A stretch of DNA of 64,000 nucleotides from the NCBI GenBank assembly GCA_963707635.1, contig OY970173.1:320001-384000 (forward strand), in the 5' to 3' direction. Origin of the DNA: Candidatus Latescibacterota bacterium. GTDB lineage: Bacteria; Krumholzibacteriota; Krumholzibacteriia; WVZY01; JAKEHA01. A program made the position numbers and the translations under genes. Below, piece by piece: positions 20,376-32,197 of the stretch; position 1 is the first letter of the stretch, and every line of letters starts with the position of its first letter. The notes under the pieces are model-generated. The model did no database searches. It was given only the letters and a program-made list of their open reading frames with translations, and was not told the origin of the DNA.

Positions 20376-23052
20376 TCAGCTTCCGATCGCCTGCTCCAGC
20401 GACTCCCGCAGTTCCTTCAGTTGATCCGGCGCCGAGAGCTTCGCGTCGCCGGTGGCCCTCACGTAGAACGAATCGATCGCCCGCGTCGCTTCGGTGGAGA
20501 TGCGCGCCCGCGCGATCGTGAGCCCGTGCGCGGAGAGTGTGCGGGTAATCGTGTACAGGAGTCCCGGCCGGTCCTGCGCGAACACATCGATGATGGTGTA
20601 GTCCTCCGAGAGGTCGTTCTCGAACTTCACCTGCGTGGGCACGGGGATTCGCGCCTTCGCGCGGCGCCGCCAGCGCTGCGCCAGCTTGAGCGAGGCCTCT
20701 TCGAGGTCCAGCTTGCCGGCGAACACCTTCGACAGGTCGGAGCGAATGCGCTCCACGCGAACCAGCGTCTCTTCCGCTGTGAGCGGCTCCTCGCGATCGA
20801 TCGGCGCCACCAGAAACACGTCGACCACCTTGCCGTCGCGGCGAGTGAACGCGAATGCGCTCAAGATGGTGAAGTCGTTGACGGCCAGCACCCCGCACAG
20901 CTCCGAGAGCCGGTATGGCTTGTCGTGGGTGCAAAACGTGATCTCGTGCGCCGCGCCCGCGAAGCGGTGACTCACCAGGAACGGCTCGCCGTCGAGGCGC
21001 CCGATCATCGCCACGTGGTCGCGCACCATCTCGGGGCTCATGGTGAGGAGGTAGCCGCCCGGGAGCAGGTCGAGGTGCTCGAGCGCGCGGTGCCGCTCCT
21101 CGCCTTCGCGCGAACGTCTCCAGCAGGTGCTCCTTGTGCTGGCGGTAGACGTCCTCGGGTTGCTTCTCGCGTTGCGCGAGAAAATCGTACGCGCGCAGAT
21201 ACAACTCCCAGAGGAGCGTGCGCTTCCACTCGTTCCACACCAGCGGCGAGGTCGCCCGGTAGTCGGCGTAGGTGAGCAGGCACAGGTACTTGAGCCGCGT
21301 GCGCGTGCGCACGCGATCGCAAAACGCGGTGATGGTGCCCATGTCGGCCGGGTCGCGGCGCTGGCTGAAGTGCGACATCAGGAGGTGATGCTCGATCAGA
21401 AAGCACACCAGCTCGATCACGTCGGGCGGGAGCCCCATGCGCTCGAGGATCGTGCGCGAAAGGATCGCGCCTTTGACCGCGTGGTCGCGGCCCTCGATCT
21501 TCCCGATGTCGTGCAGGAGCGCCGCCAGGTAGAGAATGCGCTTCTCGGGGAGCTCGATGTAGAGGCGCTCCAGCGAATCATCCGGCGCGGCGTCTGCGCG
21601 GCCGAGCGCTATCAGGTTCTCGAGTACCTTGAAGCTGTGCTCGTCGACGGTATAGTGGTGGTAGAGGTCGTAGCGCTTGAGACAGGTGAGCTGGTCGTAC
21701 TCCGGAATGATGCGCATGAGGAATCGCGTCTCGTGGAGAGAGCGCACGACCAGGGCCACGTTGCGATCGTCTTCCAGCAGCGATGGAAACGCGCGCCGCA
21801 TGCGCTTCGTCACGTCGGCGCCGTTCAGTTCGGTCTCGAGCACGTGCTCGAGCCGGCGGCGCAGCGCCCGGTCGAGCTTCTGCCCGCTCGCCTTCTGCTG
21901 CTCGAACACCGACAGCGGGTGCGCGCGCAGCGAGGGGACGCGCAGCGTCATATTCAAGGTGGCGCCATCGCGCTTCAAGCCCCCCTTGCCCATGATCACG
22001 CCCACGTTGCGGCCATGGTCGAGCGCGGCGAGGCAATCGGCGGTGATTCGGTAGATGGCGCGCGTGTGGCGGTAGTATTCGCGCATGAAGAACTCGACCG
22101 CCAGGTGCTCGCCGCGCGGGGCGAACCCGAGCGCTTTGGCGACGTCCTGCTGCGCCGCCACGGTCAGCGTGTCCTGCTTGGACTTCATGTTCAGGTGGAG
22201 CTCGACGCGGGCGCGCAGCAGGAAGTCGTACGCCGCGTCCAGCTCGGCGCGCTCACCGCGCAGGAGCAGCCCCTTCTGGCGCAGCGCCGCGAGCCCCTTG
22301 GCCGTTCTGCCCACGGACCCCAGCCACACGAGAGTTTGGTAGTCGCGCAGCCCGCCCGGGCTCATCTTCACGCTGGGCTCGATCAGCTGAAAGCTGTTAC
22401 CGGATTTCTCGTGGCGTGCGAGCGCGTCTTCGATCTTGCGGCGGAGGAATTCGTCGCGGTCGCTGCGGCGGATCTTGGCGACTTTCTTCTCCAGCGCGCG
22501 CGCCACCCGGCGCGAACCGCATACCCAGCGGCTCTCGATCAGAGCCGTCTTGGTGTCCATGTCGCGGGTGAGCGCGGTGTCGGCTTCGACCACGGATTCC
22601 ACCGCGTGCCCGAGCTCGAACCCGCAGTCCCACATCAGGCGGAAGAACGAGCCCGCGAGCGCTTCCACCAGCGGCGTCTTCTTTCCGCACGCCATCAGGA
22701 TGTCCACATCGGAGAAGGGGGCCAGCTCGGCGCGGCCGTACCCGCCCAGCGCGATCACCGCGACGTCGGTCGCGTCCGCGCGGACCTCGCTTTCTTCCGC
22801 GGCGTGTTGGAACAGGAGTCCGACCAGGGTGTCGACCATGCGTGTGTAGCCCGCGACGAACTCGCGCCCGCCGGTCTTCGGCGTCCGCATCTCGAGCAGG
22901 GGCCGGGTGAGCAGCCCGAAGTACGAACGCATCTCGGCGATGAACTGCTCGCGGGAGCGCGCCGCGGCCGGCGAAACGGGAGACGGAAGCGCGTTGGCCG
23001 ACCCGGCGCGTCGGCGGGAGCTGGAGCGGGCTTTCGGGGCGCGGGTGGTCAC
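20376..23052 (-). CDS. glnD: [Protein-PII] uridylyltransferase/uridylyl-removing enzyme; apparent frameshift near 21108
   Basis: ALGGYGRAELAPFSDVDIL, GGLRDY, YHHYTVDEH, LLHDIGK; the C-terminal ACT domains (DKPYRL, DRPGLL, AIDSFYV) lie in a second frame, 20376..21041. Confidence 0.92.
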
Positions 23053-23093
23053 ACGGTCAGTCTAATGGAGATGGGCGGTTCCGGGAAGCGATG

Positions 23094-24540
23094 TCATGGC
23101 GGCGTGCCGCGGTACAGAGTCAACGTCGCCGTCGCCAACGGGACGATTTCCATCGCCGCCGTGTCCACGCGCGGACACGGACCCGCCTTCACCACCGCGA
23201 ACTCGTGCGCCTCGGTCCCGGCGTCCAGGGCGATGTGATAGTAGCGATAGAAGTAGCCGTGCAACGACCAGTCGCGTTGCATCGACTCGCACACGGTGAC
23301 GGTTTCGTGCGCCGGCACGACGGTCGCGATCAGTTTGACGTCTTGAATCGTGGTCGCATTTCGGCCCACCGTTCCCCACCGCGTGGCCGAGTAGACGACG
23401 ACCACCGCCAGCAGGAGCGCCGATATGATTGCAAAGGCGCGGAAGCGCCGCCCGTGCTCGTCGATTCCTTCCACGAACCGCGACACGATGGGCGCAACGA
23501 TCAGCGCAAAGCCACTGGCAAACAGGGGAAACGACGGCACCAGGTAGAATCCCGACTGGCGCGGACTCAACGCAATCGGCAGCGATCCCGCGGCGCCCAC
23601 TGCCAGACACAACAGCCCCGTCTTGAACGTGACCGCGCCCACGACCGGGACCCGCCCCTTGAGCCGGTTGAGAATGAGCAGCAGCCCACACACGCCCGCG
23701 ATTGGCGCCAGTTCGCTCGCCAGCTTTACAACGACGCCGAACCGGTTCGGCACCGAGCCGCGCGTGCCCGCGAGACTCGGTGCGAGCTGGGCGGAGATGT
23801 AGTGGGCAATATTGTGGAACGCGTTGCGGTCGATCAGCACCACCGCCACCATCGCCGTCACCGTCACCGTCAAGAGCACCGTCGAGCCCACCGCCGTTCG
23901 CAACGACAGGTCACGCCGGATCCACCACGCGAGCAGGAGGAGCGAAATCGGAAACAGCGCGACCAGTCCCTTGCTGAACAGCCCGGCGGCAATCAGAACC
24001 GCCGCGAGCCGCCAGTACCGCAATCGACGCCGGCTGGCAACGCCGCCGACCAGGGCCGCGCACGCCCCGGTCGTGAAGATGGAGAGCGTGTTCTCGAGCA
24101 TGTTGTTCGAGTACGACCACGTGACCAGCGGGATCGCGGCCCAGAACAGCACCGGCAGCCACGCGAAGGGCCGGAGAGGGGGCGCAGCCTCGGTGAGCCG
24201 GCGCCACAACAAAACGATCATCGCGCCCGTCACGATGGCAGTGAACAGCGAGTAGAGGTTCTCGACGAAGAGTTGATCCCCGAAAATCTTGAAGAACAGG
24301 GACTGAATGCCGAACACGAGCGGCGGGTGATCGGAAAAGAAGTCCGGCGTGAGCGTCGGCGTGAGGATTGGCTTCCAGAAGGTGCCGATGCCTTCGGCCA
24401 GGTTTCGCGAGATGACACTATAAAGGAGGCCGTCGAGGAACATGCCCTTCATCGACCAGCCGTGGCAGCGTCGGCGCGAGAAAGAGGGCGACCGCGAGCA
24501 GCCAGAAGGGAAAGTGACGTCCGGGGGAAGGCGTGTTCAC
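23094..24540 (-). CDS. ArnT/PMT-like (GT-C) membrane glycosyltransferase; apparent frameshift near 24453
   Basis: GMFLDGLLYSVISRNLA, FSDHPPL, NMLEN, SKG and many TM helices; the N-terminal helix (FPFWLLAVALFLAPTLPRLV, from GTG 24540) is one base out of frame. Confidence 0.8.
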
Positions 24541-24578
24541 GCCGGCATTCTAAGCCAGGGATCCGGTCGTTCGCAAAG

Positions 24579-25427
24579 TTACAGGTGATCAGGCCTTGCC
24601 GCGGTGGGCAACCGCACTCCCTGGGCGTTGTACGCGGTGAGCCAAATACCTCCATCGAGGCTCCCCGCTTCGCGCATCGTGGTGACCTCAATGTCGGTAT
24701 TCGCGCTCAAGCGCCAACGGTGTAGTCGAATAGGAAACTGCTCCGGCAATGAGTTCACACCAGCTCCCCGGCGTGGTCCCGTGTAGTGCTCGAATCCTGA
24801 CGGGCCAACGACAAATTCGAAATGAATGAAACATTCTCTGGATGTCGTTGCATCGGGACGGCAAACGACATTGAATTCGACACCCTCCCGCGCTTCCAAT
24901 ACCGATCGACCACGCCGTGACGCATCTGAGACAGGAACATCGGCTTCCACTCTGGTCTCTCTCATCACCGCACGAAGAACTTTTGGGTCAGCAATGCTGA
25001 GTCCAAACCAAAAGCGGCGGCGCTCCCCAAAGTCATATGTGTGCATCGAACGAATGCGTGCATCTCTCAGGCCACTTGTTGCGTGCCAGCGAGCTCGTCC
25101 GGCTTCCAAAGTGAAGTGATCAATTTCAAGGTTGAGTTGCCTTGTGCTCTTCCCGCCATGGACCCGCATCCACGTCTGCTGATCGTGAAAGCCGGGAAAG
25201 AAGCTCACACTGCCCCGATGAGACTCTGTGAGCACTCCCAACCATCGCATGCCATCCGGGGAAGGACTCTCGAAAAAGCACATTAGCAAGTGCTTCTCCG
25301 GCTTCCCGTCTCTAAGCATGCCCCGAACAGCGCGTGCTAAGGGGTTGGAAGGGTCGTCGTCGACTCCCGGGGCACCATCAGGTGTTCTCCACTGAAATAC
25401 TATCTTGTCCGTATCGTCTCCTGACAA
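24579..25427 (-). CDS. Hypothetical protein in a compositionally atypical, lower-GC segment
   Basis: 282-aa ORF filling the gap between glnA and the glycosyltransferase; protein-like composition; start uncertain (TTG). Confidence 0.6.
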   Translation of the reverse strand: MSGDDTDKIVFQWRTPDGAPGVDDDPSNPLARAVRGMLRDGKPEKHLLMCFFESPSPDGMRWLGVLTESHRGSVSFFPGFHDQQTWMRVHGGKSTRQLNLEIDHFTLEAGRARWHATSGLRDARIRSMHTYDFGERRRFWFGLSIADPKVLRAVMRETRVEADVPVSDASRRGRSVLEAREGVEFNVVCRPDATTSRECFIHFEFVVGPSGFEHYTGPRRGAGVNSLPEQFPIRLHRWRLSANTDIEVTTMREAGSLDGGIWLTAYNAQGVRLPTAARPDHL

Positions 25428-25491
25428 AGAGCTTACTCACCGATCCCATCGCGACGCAATGTCGTCGAGTTGTCTGCGAGATCCACAACGC

Positions 25492-25524
25492 AGAACGGGC
25501 CGGCACGAGGCGCCGACCCGTTCT
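25492..25524 (-). terminator. Hairpin downstream of glnA (possible terminator)
   Basis: agaacggg-c-cggc / gccg-a-cccgttct inverted repeat 25 nt after the stop; no clear U-tract. Confidence 0.4.
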
Positions 25525-25548
25525 CATCGTGCACCACGTCGCTCTTCT

Positions 25549-26970
25549 CTACGCGTCGTAGTACAGGAAGAACTCGTACGGGTGCGGGCGCAGCGACATC
25601 GGCCCCACTTCCTTCTCCCGCTTGTACTCGATCCAGGTCCGGATCACGTCCTCGGTGAAGACGTCGCCCTTGAGCAGAAAGTCGTGGTCCGCTTCGAGCG
25701 CGCGCAGCGCCTCGTCCAGCGACCCCGGCGCCTGCGGGACCTTGGCCAGCTCCTCGGGCGGCAGGTCGTAGATGTTCTTGTCCAGCGGCTGGCCCGGGTC
25801 GATCCGGTTCTGGATGCCGTCGAGGCCCGCCATCACCATCGCGGCGAAACCGATGTACGGGTTGCAGGTCGGATCCGGGCAGCGGAACTCGACGCGCTTC
25901 GCCTTCGGCGACTGCGAGTACATCGGGATGCGGACCGAGGCACTCCGGTTGCGCTGCGAATACGCCAGGTTGACCGGCGCTTCGTAGCCTGGGACGAGGC
26001 GTTTGTAGCTGTTGGTGGTCGGGTTGGTGAACGCGCACAGCGCCGGCGCGTGCTTCAGCAGCCCGCCGATATAATGAAGCGCCATGTCGCTCAGCCCCGC
26101 GTATTTGTTCCCGGCGAACAACGGCGTGCTCCCTTTCCACAGACTCTGGTGGCAGTGCATGCCGGAACCGTTGTCGCCGTAGATGGGCTTGGGCATGAAC
26201 GTGACCGTCTTGCCGTGGCGGCGCGCGACGTTACGGATCACGTACTTGTAGACCAGCAGCCGGTCCGCCATGGCGACCAGGGTGTCGAACTTGAGGTCGA
26301 TCTCGGACTGGCCGGCGGTCGCGACCTCGTGGTGCTGCGCCTCCACCTCGATGCCGAGGCTCATGATCTGGAGCATCATCTCGGTGCGAATATCCTGCAG
26401 CGAGTCCGCGGGCGGAACGGGGAAGTAGCCTTCCTTGAAGCGCGGCTTGTAGCCGAGGTTCGGCTTTTCGTCGCGGCCGGAGTTCCACGAGCCCTCCGAC
26501 GAGTCGATATAGTAGAACGCCTGGTGCGGCTGCGCCTCGAAGCGCACGTCGTCGAAGATGAAGAACTCGGCTTCGGGACCGAAATAGATGTCGGTCGCGA
26601 GCCCGGTGCTCTTGACGTACGCCTCCGCCCGCATCGCGATCGCGCGCGGATCGCGCGCGTAGCGCTCCTTGGTGATGGGATCGAAGATGTTGCACACGAG
26701 CGAGAGGGTCGGTTCCTTCATGAACGGATCGATGAACGCGGTGTTCGGATCCGGGACGACCAGCATGTCGCTCTCGTTGATGCTCTTCCATCCGCGAATG
26801 CTGGAGCCGTCGAAGCCGAAGCCGTCTTCGAACGAGCTGGCTTCGAGTGCACCGATGGGCAGGCTGAAGTGCTGCCAGGTGCCGGGGAAATCGATGAACT
26901 TGAGATCGAGGACGCGTGCGCCTTTGTCTTTGGCAAACTTGAGCACGTCCTGGGGAGTTCGCTTCTCCAT
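25549..26970 (-). CDS. glnA: Glutamine synthetase type I
   Basis: [55 protein letters not shown] adenylylation Tyr; ATG at 26970 after GGAGG. Confidence 0.99.
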   Translation of the reverse strand: MEKRTPQDVLKFAKDKGARVLDLKFIDFPGTWQHFSLPIGALEASSFEDGFGFDGSSIRGWKSINESDMLVVPDPNTAFIDPFMKEPTLSLVCNIFDPITKERYARDPRAIAMRAEAYVKSTGLATDIYFGPEAEFFIFDDVRFEAQPHQAFYYIDSSEGSWNSGRDEKPNLGYKPRFKEGYFPVPPADSLQDIRTEMMLQIMSLGIEVEAQHHEVATAGQSEIDLKFDTLVAMADRLLVYKYVIRNVARRHGKTVTFMPKPIYGDNGSGMHCHQSLWKGSTPLFAGNKYAGLSDMALHYIGGLLKHAPALCAFTNPTTNSYKRLVPGYEAPVNLAYSQRNRSASVRIPMYSQSPKAKRVEFRCPDPTCNPYIGFAAMVMAGLDGIQNRIDPGQPLDKNIYDLPPEELAKVPQAPGSLDEALRALEADHDFLLKGDVFTEDVIRTWIEYKREKEVGPMSLRPHPYEFFLYYDA

Positions 26971-27048
26971 CACACCACCCTCCTTGGAACCGGGAATGCG
27001 GGAACGAATCGGGCGCCGGGATGCCGTAGCCGGATGACCAAAGCAAGT

Positions 27049-27077
27049 GTTGTAAGGCCCGTTGGCGAAGGTGTCAA
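27049..27077 (-). promoter_or_regulatory. sigma70-type promoter for glnA
   Basis: Minus strand TTGACA-N17-TACAAC. Confidence 0.6.
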
Positions 27078-27122
27078 CGGCGATCCGCGCCGGCGGGAAG
27101 ATTAGCCGTGGATGGAGGAGGG

Positions 27123-28739
27123 TCAGGCGCCGGCGGCGCTTTCCAGCGCGACCAGAGCGGGGCCGAGAGACTCCAGCAGGTCGCCAGCGATGACCCCGCG
27201 AACCGATCGAGTCCGGGCGGCGATTTCCCCGGCCCGGCCCTGGAGAAAACAGCCAACACAAGCGGCGTCCACGGGTTGCGCCCGTTCCCCGGGGCCGCGC
27301 CCGCTCCCCCGGGCCGACGCCTGCGCAAGCAAGCTCCCGACCAGCCCGGTCAGGACGTCGCCGGTGCCGCCCGTCGCCAACGCCGAGGATCCGGAGGCGT
27401 TGATCCAGACCCGACCATCGGACGCCGCGATCAGCGTGGGCGCACCCTTGTGCACCAGCGTGACGCCGAGTCGTTGAGCCACCTCGGCAGTGAAGGTGAC
27501 GCGCGCCGGCCCGGTGGTCGGAACGGTTTCCCCGGTCAGTCGAGCGAGCTCTCCGCTATGCGGTGTGATGACGACGGAACCGCCGGCCTGTTTCAACTCT
27601 GTCGCGCGGCCGGCGAACGCGGCAATGCCGTCTGCGTCCACGACGATCGGCTTCCCGCACGCGCGCACCAATTCGCGCACGAACGCATCCGTCTCGTCGT
27701 GTCGGCCAATGCCGGGCCCGACTGCGATGGCATCCGCCCGTTCGACGTACGATGCCAGCGCGCGCGTCGCCGCCGGCGCGATGGTACCGTCGGCGGTGCG
27801 AGGCAGCGGCACCGTGATCGCCTCCCGCAGCGCCACGCTCATCTCGCGATGGATTCCCTCCGGGACGGCGAGGTAGACCATGCCGCACCCGGCCCGAAGC
27901 GCCGCTTCCGCCGTGAGCAGCGCCGCGCCGCGATAGCGCTCGCTGCCAGCAATCACCAGCAGGACTCCCGCGTCGTACTTGTGGAGGTCGGGCGCGCGCG
28001 CCGGCAACCGCCGCGCCGCTTCCGCCTCGTCGTTGTAGTGCACATCGGCCACGTGCGCGACGATGATCTCCTCCGGAAACCCGATATCGATCACCGAGAG
28101 TTCGCCGGTGTGCGCCCTGCCGGGATGAAACAGAAGCCCGGTCTTGGGCACGCCGATGGTGATGGTCTGCGCCGCGCGAACCGCTTCCCCCGGCGCCTCG
28201 CCGGTGGTCGCGTCCACGCCGGAGGGGATGTCGATGGCGACGATCGGGAGCCGCCGTGCATTCATCAGGGCAATCATCTCCGCCGCGCGTTCGCGCGGCG
28301 CGCCGGTGGACCCGGTGCCGAAGATGGAATCGACCAGGAGGGTGGCGTCCGTTAGATCCTCTTGTGCGCGCACGGGCCAGTCGGGCCGCGTCGAATCGAA
28401 CTCGGTGAGCAAACCGGCGCGCGTCTTGACGGCGTGGAGACGCTGGTAATTCTTCGTGGCGTCGGGAGTGAGCTCGGCGGCGGGCTTGAGAAGGTGAATC
28501 GAGCAACGCCAACCGGCCTCGACGAGCAGGCGTGCGACCACGAGGCCGTCGCCGCCGTTGTTGCCGGGTCCGACGAAGATCGCCGCCTTGTTCCTGCCGC
28601 CGTCCGGACCGCCGTAGCGCGCGAGCACCGCCTTCGCCACGCCGCGCCCGGCGCGCTCCATCAGCTCGAGGCCGGGGCAGACGCGCGCAATGGTCTCGGC
28701 GTCGACATCCTGCATCTGGGAGGCGGTGAGGACTCTCAT
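27123..28739 (-). CDS. nnr: Bifunctional NAD(P)H-hydrate epimerase/dehydratase
   Basis: [27 protein letters not shown] (YjeF_N); [30 protein letters not shown] (carbohydrate kinase fold). Confidence 0.95.
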   Translation of the reverse strand: MRVLTASQMQDVDAETIARVCPGLELMERAGRGVAKAVLARYGGPDGGRNKAAIFVGPGNNGGDGLVVARLLVEAGWRCSIHLLKPAAELTPDATKNYQRLHAVKTRAGLLTEFDSTRPDWPVRAQEDLTDATLLVDSIFGTGSTGAPRERAAEMIALMNARRLPIVAIDIPSGVDATTGEAPGEAVRAAQTITIGVPKTGLLFHPGRAHTGELSVIDIGFPEEIIVAHVADVHYNDEAEAARRLPARAPDLHKYDAGVLLVIAGSERYRGAALLTAEAALRAGCGMVYLAVPEGIHREMSVALREAITVPLPRTADGTIAPAATRALASYVERADAIAVGPGIGRHDETDAFVRELVRACGKPIVVDADGIAAFAGRATELKQAGGSVVITPHSGELARLTGETVPTTGPARVTFTAEVAQRLGVTLVHKGAPTLIAASDGRVWINASGSSALATGGTGDVLTGLVGSLLAQASARGSGRGPGERAQPVDAACVGCFLQGRAGEIAARTRSVRGVIAGDLLESLGPALVALESAAGA

Positions 28740-29422
28740 TTCCCCGCATTCAACCGGTCCACGATATCCACCAGGTCGAAGACGTCGTCGATCTCGTAGT
28801 TCGCGCCGCTCTCCTGGAGCCCCTTGGTGTCGCCGTAACGCGCGAACACGGTGATCATTCCCAGCTTCCCCGCGCCGGTGATGTCGCGCTCCGGCCAGTC
28901 GCCCACCATGATGGCCTGCGACGGGTCCAGCTTGAAGTAGTCCAGCGCGCGCATGAACGGCTTCGGACTGGGTTTCCGCTCCTGGGTGTCGTCGAAGGTG
29001 GTGACGAAGTCGAACATGTGGTGGAGCTGGAGGTAGCAGAGCCGGAGCCACGCTTCCTGCCGCGGCGCGTCGGAGACCACGCCGAGACGAATGCCGCGCT
29101 TCATCAGCTCGATGAGCGTCACTTTCACGTGCGGGTAGAGGACCAGCGATGCTTCTTTCGCGCGCCGGTAGCCGACGATCCCCGCCGCGTGGATCTTGAA
29201 GTCCATCTGGCCGAGCATCTCCACCAGCGCGTGGTCGAACACCTTCTGGAACTCGATGCCCTCGCGCTCGTAGACTTCGTATATCTTGAGCTTGATCTCG
29301 TCCGGACGGTAGCGGAGGCCGGCGTCGATCATCGCATCGACGGCCGCATCCACCGCGTTCTCCTTCATGCGCATGAAGTCGGTGAGGGTGTTGTCGAGGT
29401 CGAAGATGACGGCTTTGATCAT
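28736..29422 (-). CDS. HAD-superfamily hydrolase (subfamily IA)
   Basis: FDLDNTL motif I, KPSP, MVGDWPERDI. Confidence 0.92.
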   Translation of the reverse strand: MIKAVIFDLDNTLTDFMRMKENAVDAAVDAMIDAGLRYRPDEIKLKIYEVYEREGIEFQKVFDHALVEMLGQMDFKIHAAGIVGYRRAKEASLVLYPHVKVTLIELMKRGIRLGVVSDAPRQEAWLRLCYLQLHHMFDFVTTFDDTQERKPSPKPFMRALDYFKLDPSQAIMVGDWPERDITGAGKLGMITVFARYGDTKGLQESGANYEIDDVFDLVDIVDRLNAGK

Positions 29423-29496
29423 GCTATACTCGCGACCGGCCGTCGTTTACGCGCGCGGCCGGCATGGAAACAGGTTGTGAAGAGAGGGTCATCATA

Positions 29497-30333
29497 ATGG
29501 ATGAACGAGAGCAGCGCAACACCGGCACCGCTCCCGACGTGTTCACGGCGGTGAACAACTACTTCCTCTTGTTCTTCTGCGCGAGCTGCGTGCTCTCGAG
29601 CATGTACATCCAGCAGCTCTTCTTCCTGGTCGGCCAGTACCGCCTGGGCATCGGCGTCTCCTCGGTGCTCGGCATCCTGCTCCCGATCTACCTCCTGATG
29701 CGCAAGTTCCCGGCGGGGGTGCGCCAGCAGGTGCGAATCGCCCGGCCGCGGGTGCACCGCATGGTGCTGGTGGTGGTTCTGACTCTCGCCGCGGTGGTCT
29801 TGATCGACCAGATCTACGTGATCAACCAGCGCATCACCCCGGTCCCCGAGGACTACGCGGACACGATTCGCGAGCTCAAACCCACGAACGTGCTCGACTT
29901 CGCGATCACGTTCATGGGGCTGTGCGTGCTGGTTCCGGTGGCGGAGGAAGCGGTGTTTCGCGGGCTGATCCAGCAGGTGTTCACCCGCAACATGGGTCCG
30001 TTGATCGGAGTCACGTTCGCGGGTGCGATCTTCGGCGCCGTGCACCTGAACGCGCATCTCTTGATCAGCATCACGGCCTTCGGCCTGTTTCTGGGCTTTC
30101 TCTTCAACGCCACGGGGAATCTGATCTACACGATTGTGGCGCACGCGATCTTCAACGGCGTCGCGCTGGCCGAGCTCACCATCTTTCCCGACGTGGGCAA
30201 CGGAGATCTCCCCGTCTATCTGAAGGACGTGTGGGTGGTCGTGGTGGCGCTCGTGCTGTTCGTCTTCCTGGTGGCCAAAATAAGAGAGGGAGGCTCCGAA
30301 ACGGAGCCTCCCTACCAGATCCCGGCGGAATGA
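29497..30333 (+). CDS. CPBP (CAAX/Abi) family intramembrane glutamic protease
   Basis: PVAEEAVFRG, FGAVH, AHAIFN motifs; multiple TM helices. Confidence 0.92.
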   Translation: MDEREQRNTGTAPDVFTAVNNYFLLFFCASCVLSSMYIQQLFFLVGQYRLGIGVSSVLGILLPIYLLMRKFPAGVRQQVRIARPRVHRMVLVVVLTLAAVVLIDQIYVINQRITPVPEDYADTIRELKPTNVLDFAITFMGLCVLVPVAEEAVFRGLIQQVFTRNMGPLIGVTFAGAIFGAVHLNAHLLISITAFGLFLGFLFNATGNLIYTIVAHAIFNGVALAELTIFPDVGNGDLPVYLKDVWVVVVALVLFVFLVAKIREGGSETEPPYQIPAE

Positions 30334-30343
30334 CGCCGGAAGT

Positions 30344-30535
30344 CTACTTGATGGACGTGCTGATGTCGCGTCCCAGGCTGATCTCCCCGTTATCGATGCG
30401 GATATTGAACCCGCAGTCCGGATTGTTGCACACCCACGCCTTGTACGTGATGGGCGCGCCATCGCGGCCATAGTCCGACAGGGGAAGCAGCGTTCCCTTG
30501 TTGCACTTCAGACACCCGGTAAGATTCTTCTCCAT
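30344..30535 (-). CDS. Small zinc-ribbon-like hypothetical protein
   Basis: 63 aa, CLKC...LPLSDYG...YKAWVCNNPDC; GGGGAG RBS and its own promoter. Confidence 0.8.
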   Translation of the reverse strand: MEKNLTGCLKCNKGTLLPLSDYGRDGAPITYKAWVCNNPDCGFNIRIDNGEISLGRDISTSIK

Positions 30536-30635
30536 GTGCACTCCCCGCGCGAACCCTCGCGCCGGGAATCGTCACCTCCCTATTCCAACACCACATCCCG
30601 GTGACGTTTGCGTCTCCTCCGGAACGATGGCAACG

Positions 30636-30665
30636 ATTATCCGCGCCGTGCCGCGGAGGTGTCAA
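30636..30665 (-). promoter_or_regulatory. sigma70-type promoter for the small Zn-ribbon gene
   Basis: Minus strand TTGACA-N18-GATAAT. Confidence 0.55.
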
Positions 30666-30683
30666 GGGATTCCATGGCCGCGA

Positions 30684-31674
30684 CTACGGCCCCGGCCCGG
30701 TCACCGTCAGCCGATCAAGGATGAAGTTCGCAGCAACGCGATGGCCTTTCGCGTTCAAGTGCCACGGATCGAAATAGGCATCGTTGTGAATCTTCAACTC
30801 GGCCGGCGCGTAGCGGCCGAAACGCGTCCAGCACGTCGATGGTTTCGATTCCCTCGTGACGGGCCGCGGCCGCGAGGCGAGCATGCACATCCGTGAGCGC
30901 GTAGTCGTCGAACGAGGGCTTGTCCTCGAAGATCGGGATCACGACCAGCATCACCGGCACGTGGTGCTCCCCCGCATCCACCGCGATGCGGTGGAGATTC
31001 GCCTCCACGTCCTTCCAGAACGCACAGTGGAGAAACGCGTGAAACTCCTTCGGGCAGTGTCGCCCGGCGAGGGACTGTTTCGCGCGAAACCAGCCGAACC
31101 GGAACACGTCGAGCACGTACGAGCGCGGCCGGTAGTAGTACTGCCCGAGCGCCCCGTTGGCGTTGTGGTACACGGGCTGCGCCGGGTCGTTGAGACAATA
31201 GCTCCATAGAATGAGGTCGGGGTGGTAGCGAAACGCCTCGGCTTCGAGCAGCACCAGCTCCTGTGAGGTGGAATAGCCGATCCGGGCGAGCAGGATGACT
31301 TCGTAGCGATAGCCGCCGGGCTGCGCGTTGAGCGAACGCTCCAGCACGCGGCCGAACGCGGAGTCGGGGTCGACGTCGCGCCCTTCGGCGACGGAATCGC
31401 CGATCAGCACGATGCGATAGGTGCTGTCGGGCTTCTCCGGCGTGTGTTCCCGGTCCCGGAAGCCGCGCGAGTTCGCGCCGCACTCGCCCGCCTGGTAGGT
31501 ATAGATGAGGCGCCGGTCGCTGGAAGGCGCCGTGCACAGCTCGCGCTCGTCGAAGGTGGCGCGGATCGCATCGCGCGCGACGGCGGCGCGGTGACGAAGC
31601 AGCCCCTCGGCAATGCCCAGCACGGCCGCGAGCGGGACGAGAACGAGGAGGAGGTGTACGAACGGGCGCCGCAT
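30684..31674 (-). CDS. SGNH/GDSL hydrolase family protein; apparent frameshift at about 30821
   Basis: NSRGFRD, IGDSVAEG, YCLND; block V DPWHLNAKGH lies in the adjacent frame after a TTT run. Confidence 0.85.
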
Positions 31675-31678
31675 ACGA

Positions 31679-32164
31679 TCACAGAAAGCGCGCCAGCACG
31701 AAGATGCCGATCATGGTGAACAGGAGCGCGAGCTTGCCGAGCGTTCCCACCACGAAGCCGATCCACGACGCCACGCCCACGCGCCCGGCCTGCTTCACCG
31801 AACGCCCCGCTCCCAGCTCGCCGGCCACCGCCCCGACAAACGGCCCCAGCAGTACGCCCGCCACACCGAAGAACGCTCCCACCAGGGCGCCGAGCACCGC
31901 GCCCCAGATCGCGTACTTGCTGGCGCCGACCCGTTTCGCGCCCAGCGCGCTCGTGATCAGGTCGATCACGTACGTCAGCGCGGTGAGCACGGCTAGCACC
32001 ACGAGTATCGGCACGCCGACGTACGCAAAGTTTTCCGCCCACGCGGCGGCCACCAGGCCGGCCAGCACCAGCGGCGCGCCGGGGAGCACGGGGAGAACCG
32101 TGCCCGCCAGTCCGGCGACCACCAGCACGACCGCCACGATCCAGAGCACGACGGACTTGTCCAT
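31679..32164 (-). CDS. DUF456 family membrane protein
   Basis: GLAGTVLPVLPG, GAKRVGASK, LGPFVGAVAGEL pattern. Confidence 0.88.
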   Translation of the reverse strand: MDKSVVLWIVAVVLVVAGLAGTVLPVLPGAPLVLAGLVAAAWAENFAYVGVPILVVLAVLTALTYVIDLITSALGAKRVGASKYAIWGAVLGALVGAFFGVAGVLLGPFVGAVAGELGAGRSVKQAGRVGVASWIGFVVGTLGKLALLFTMIGIFVLARFL

Positions 32165-32197
32165 CGCGCGTAGCGTACGCGATTCGCGGGCGAATCG

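Noticed and set aside
26971..27045. Glutamine riboswitch upstream of glnA
   Set aside because: The short leader lacks the conserved glnA-motif three-way junction sequence.
30600..30625. GACGCAAA in the Zn-ribbon leader as a c-di-GMP-I riboswitch
   Set aside because: The upstream GGCAAA/GNRA hairpin and the receptor stem are absent.
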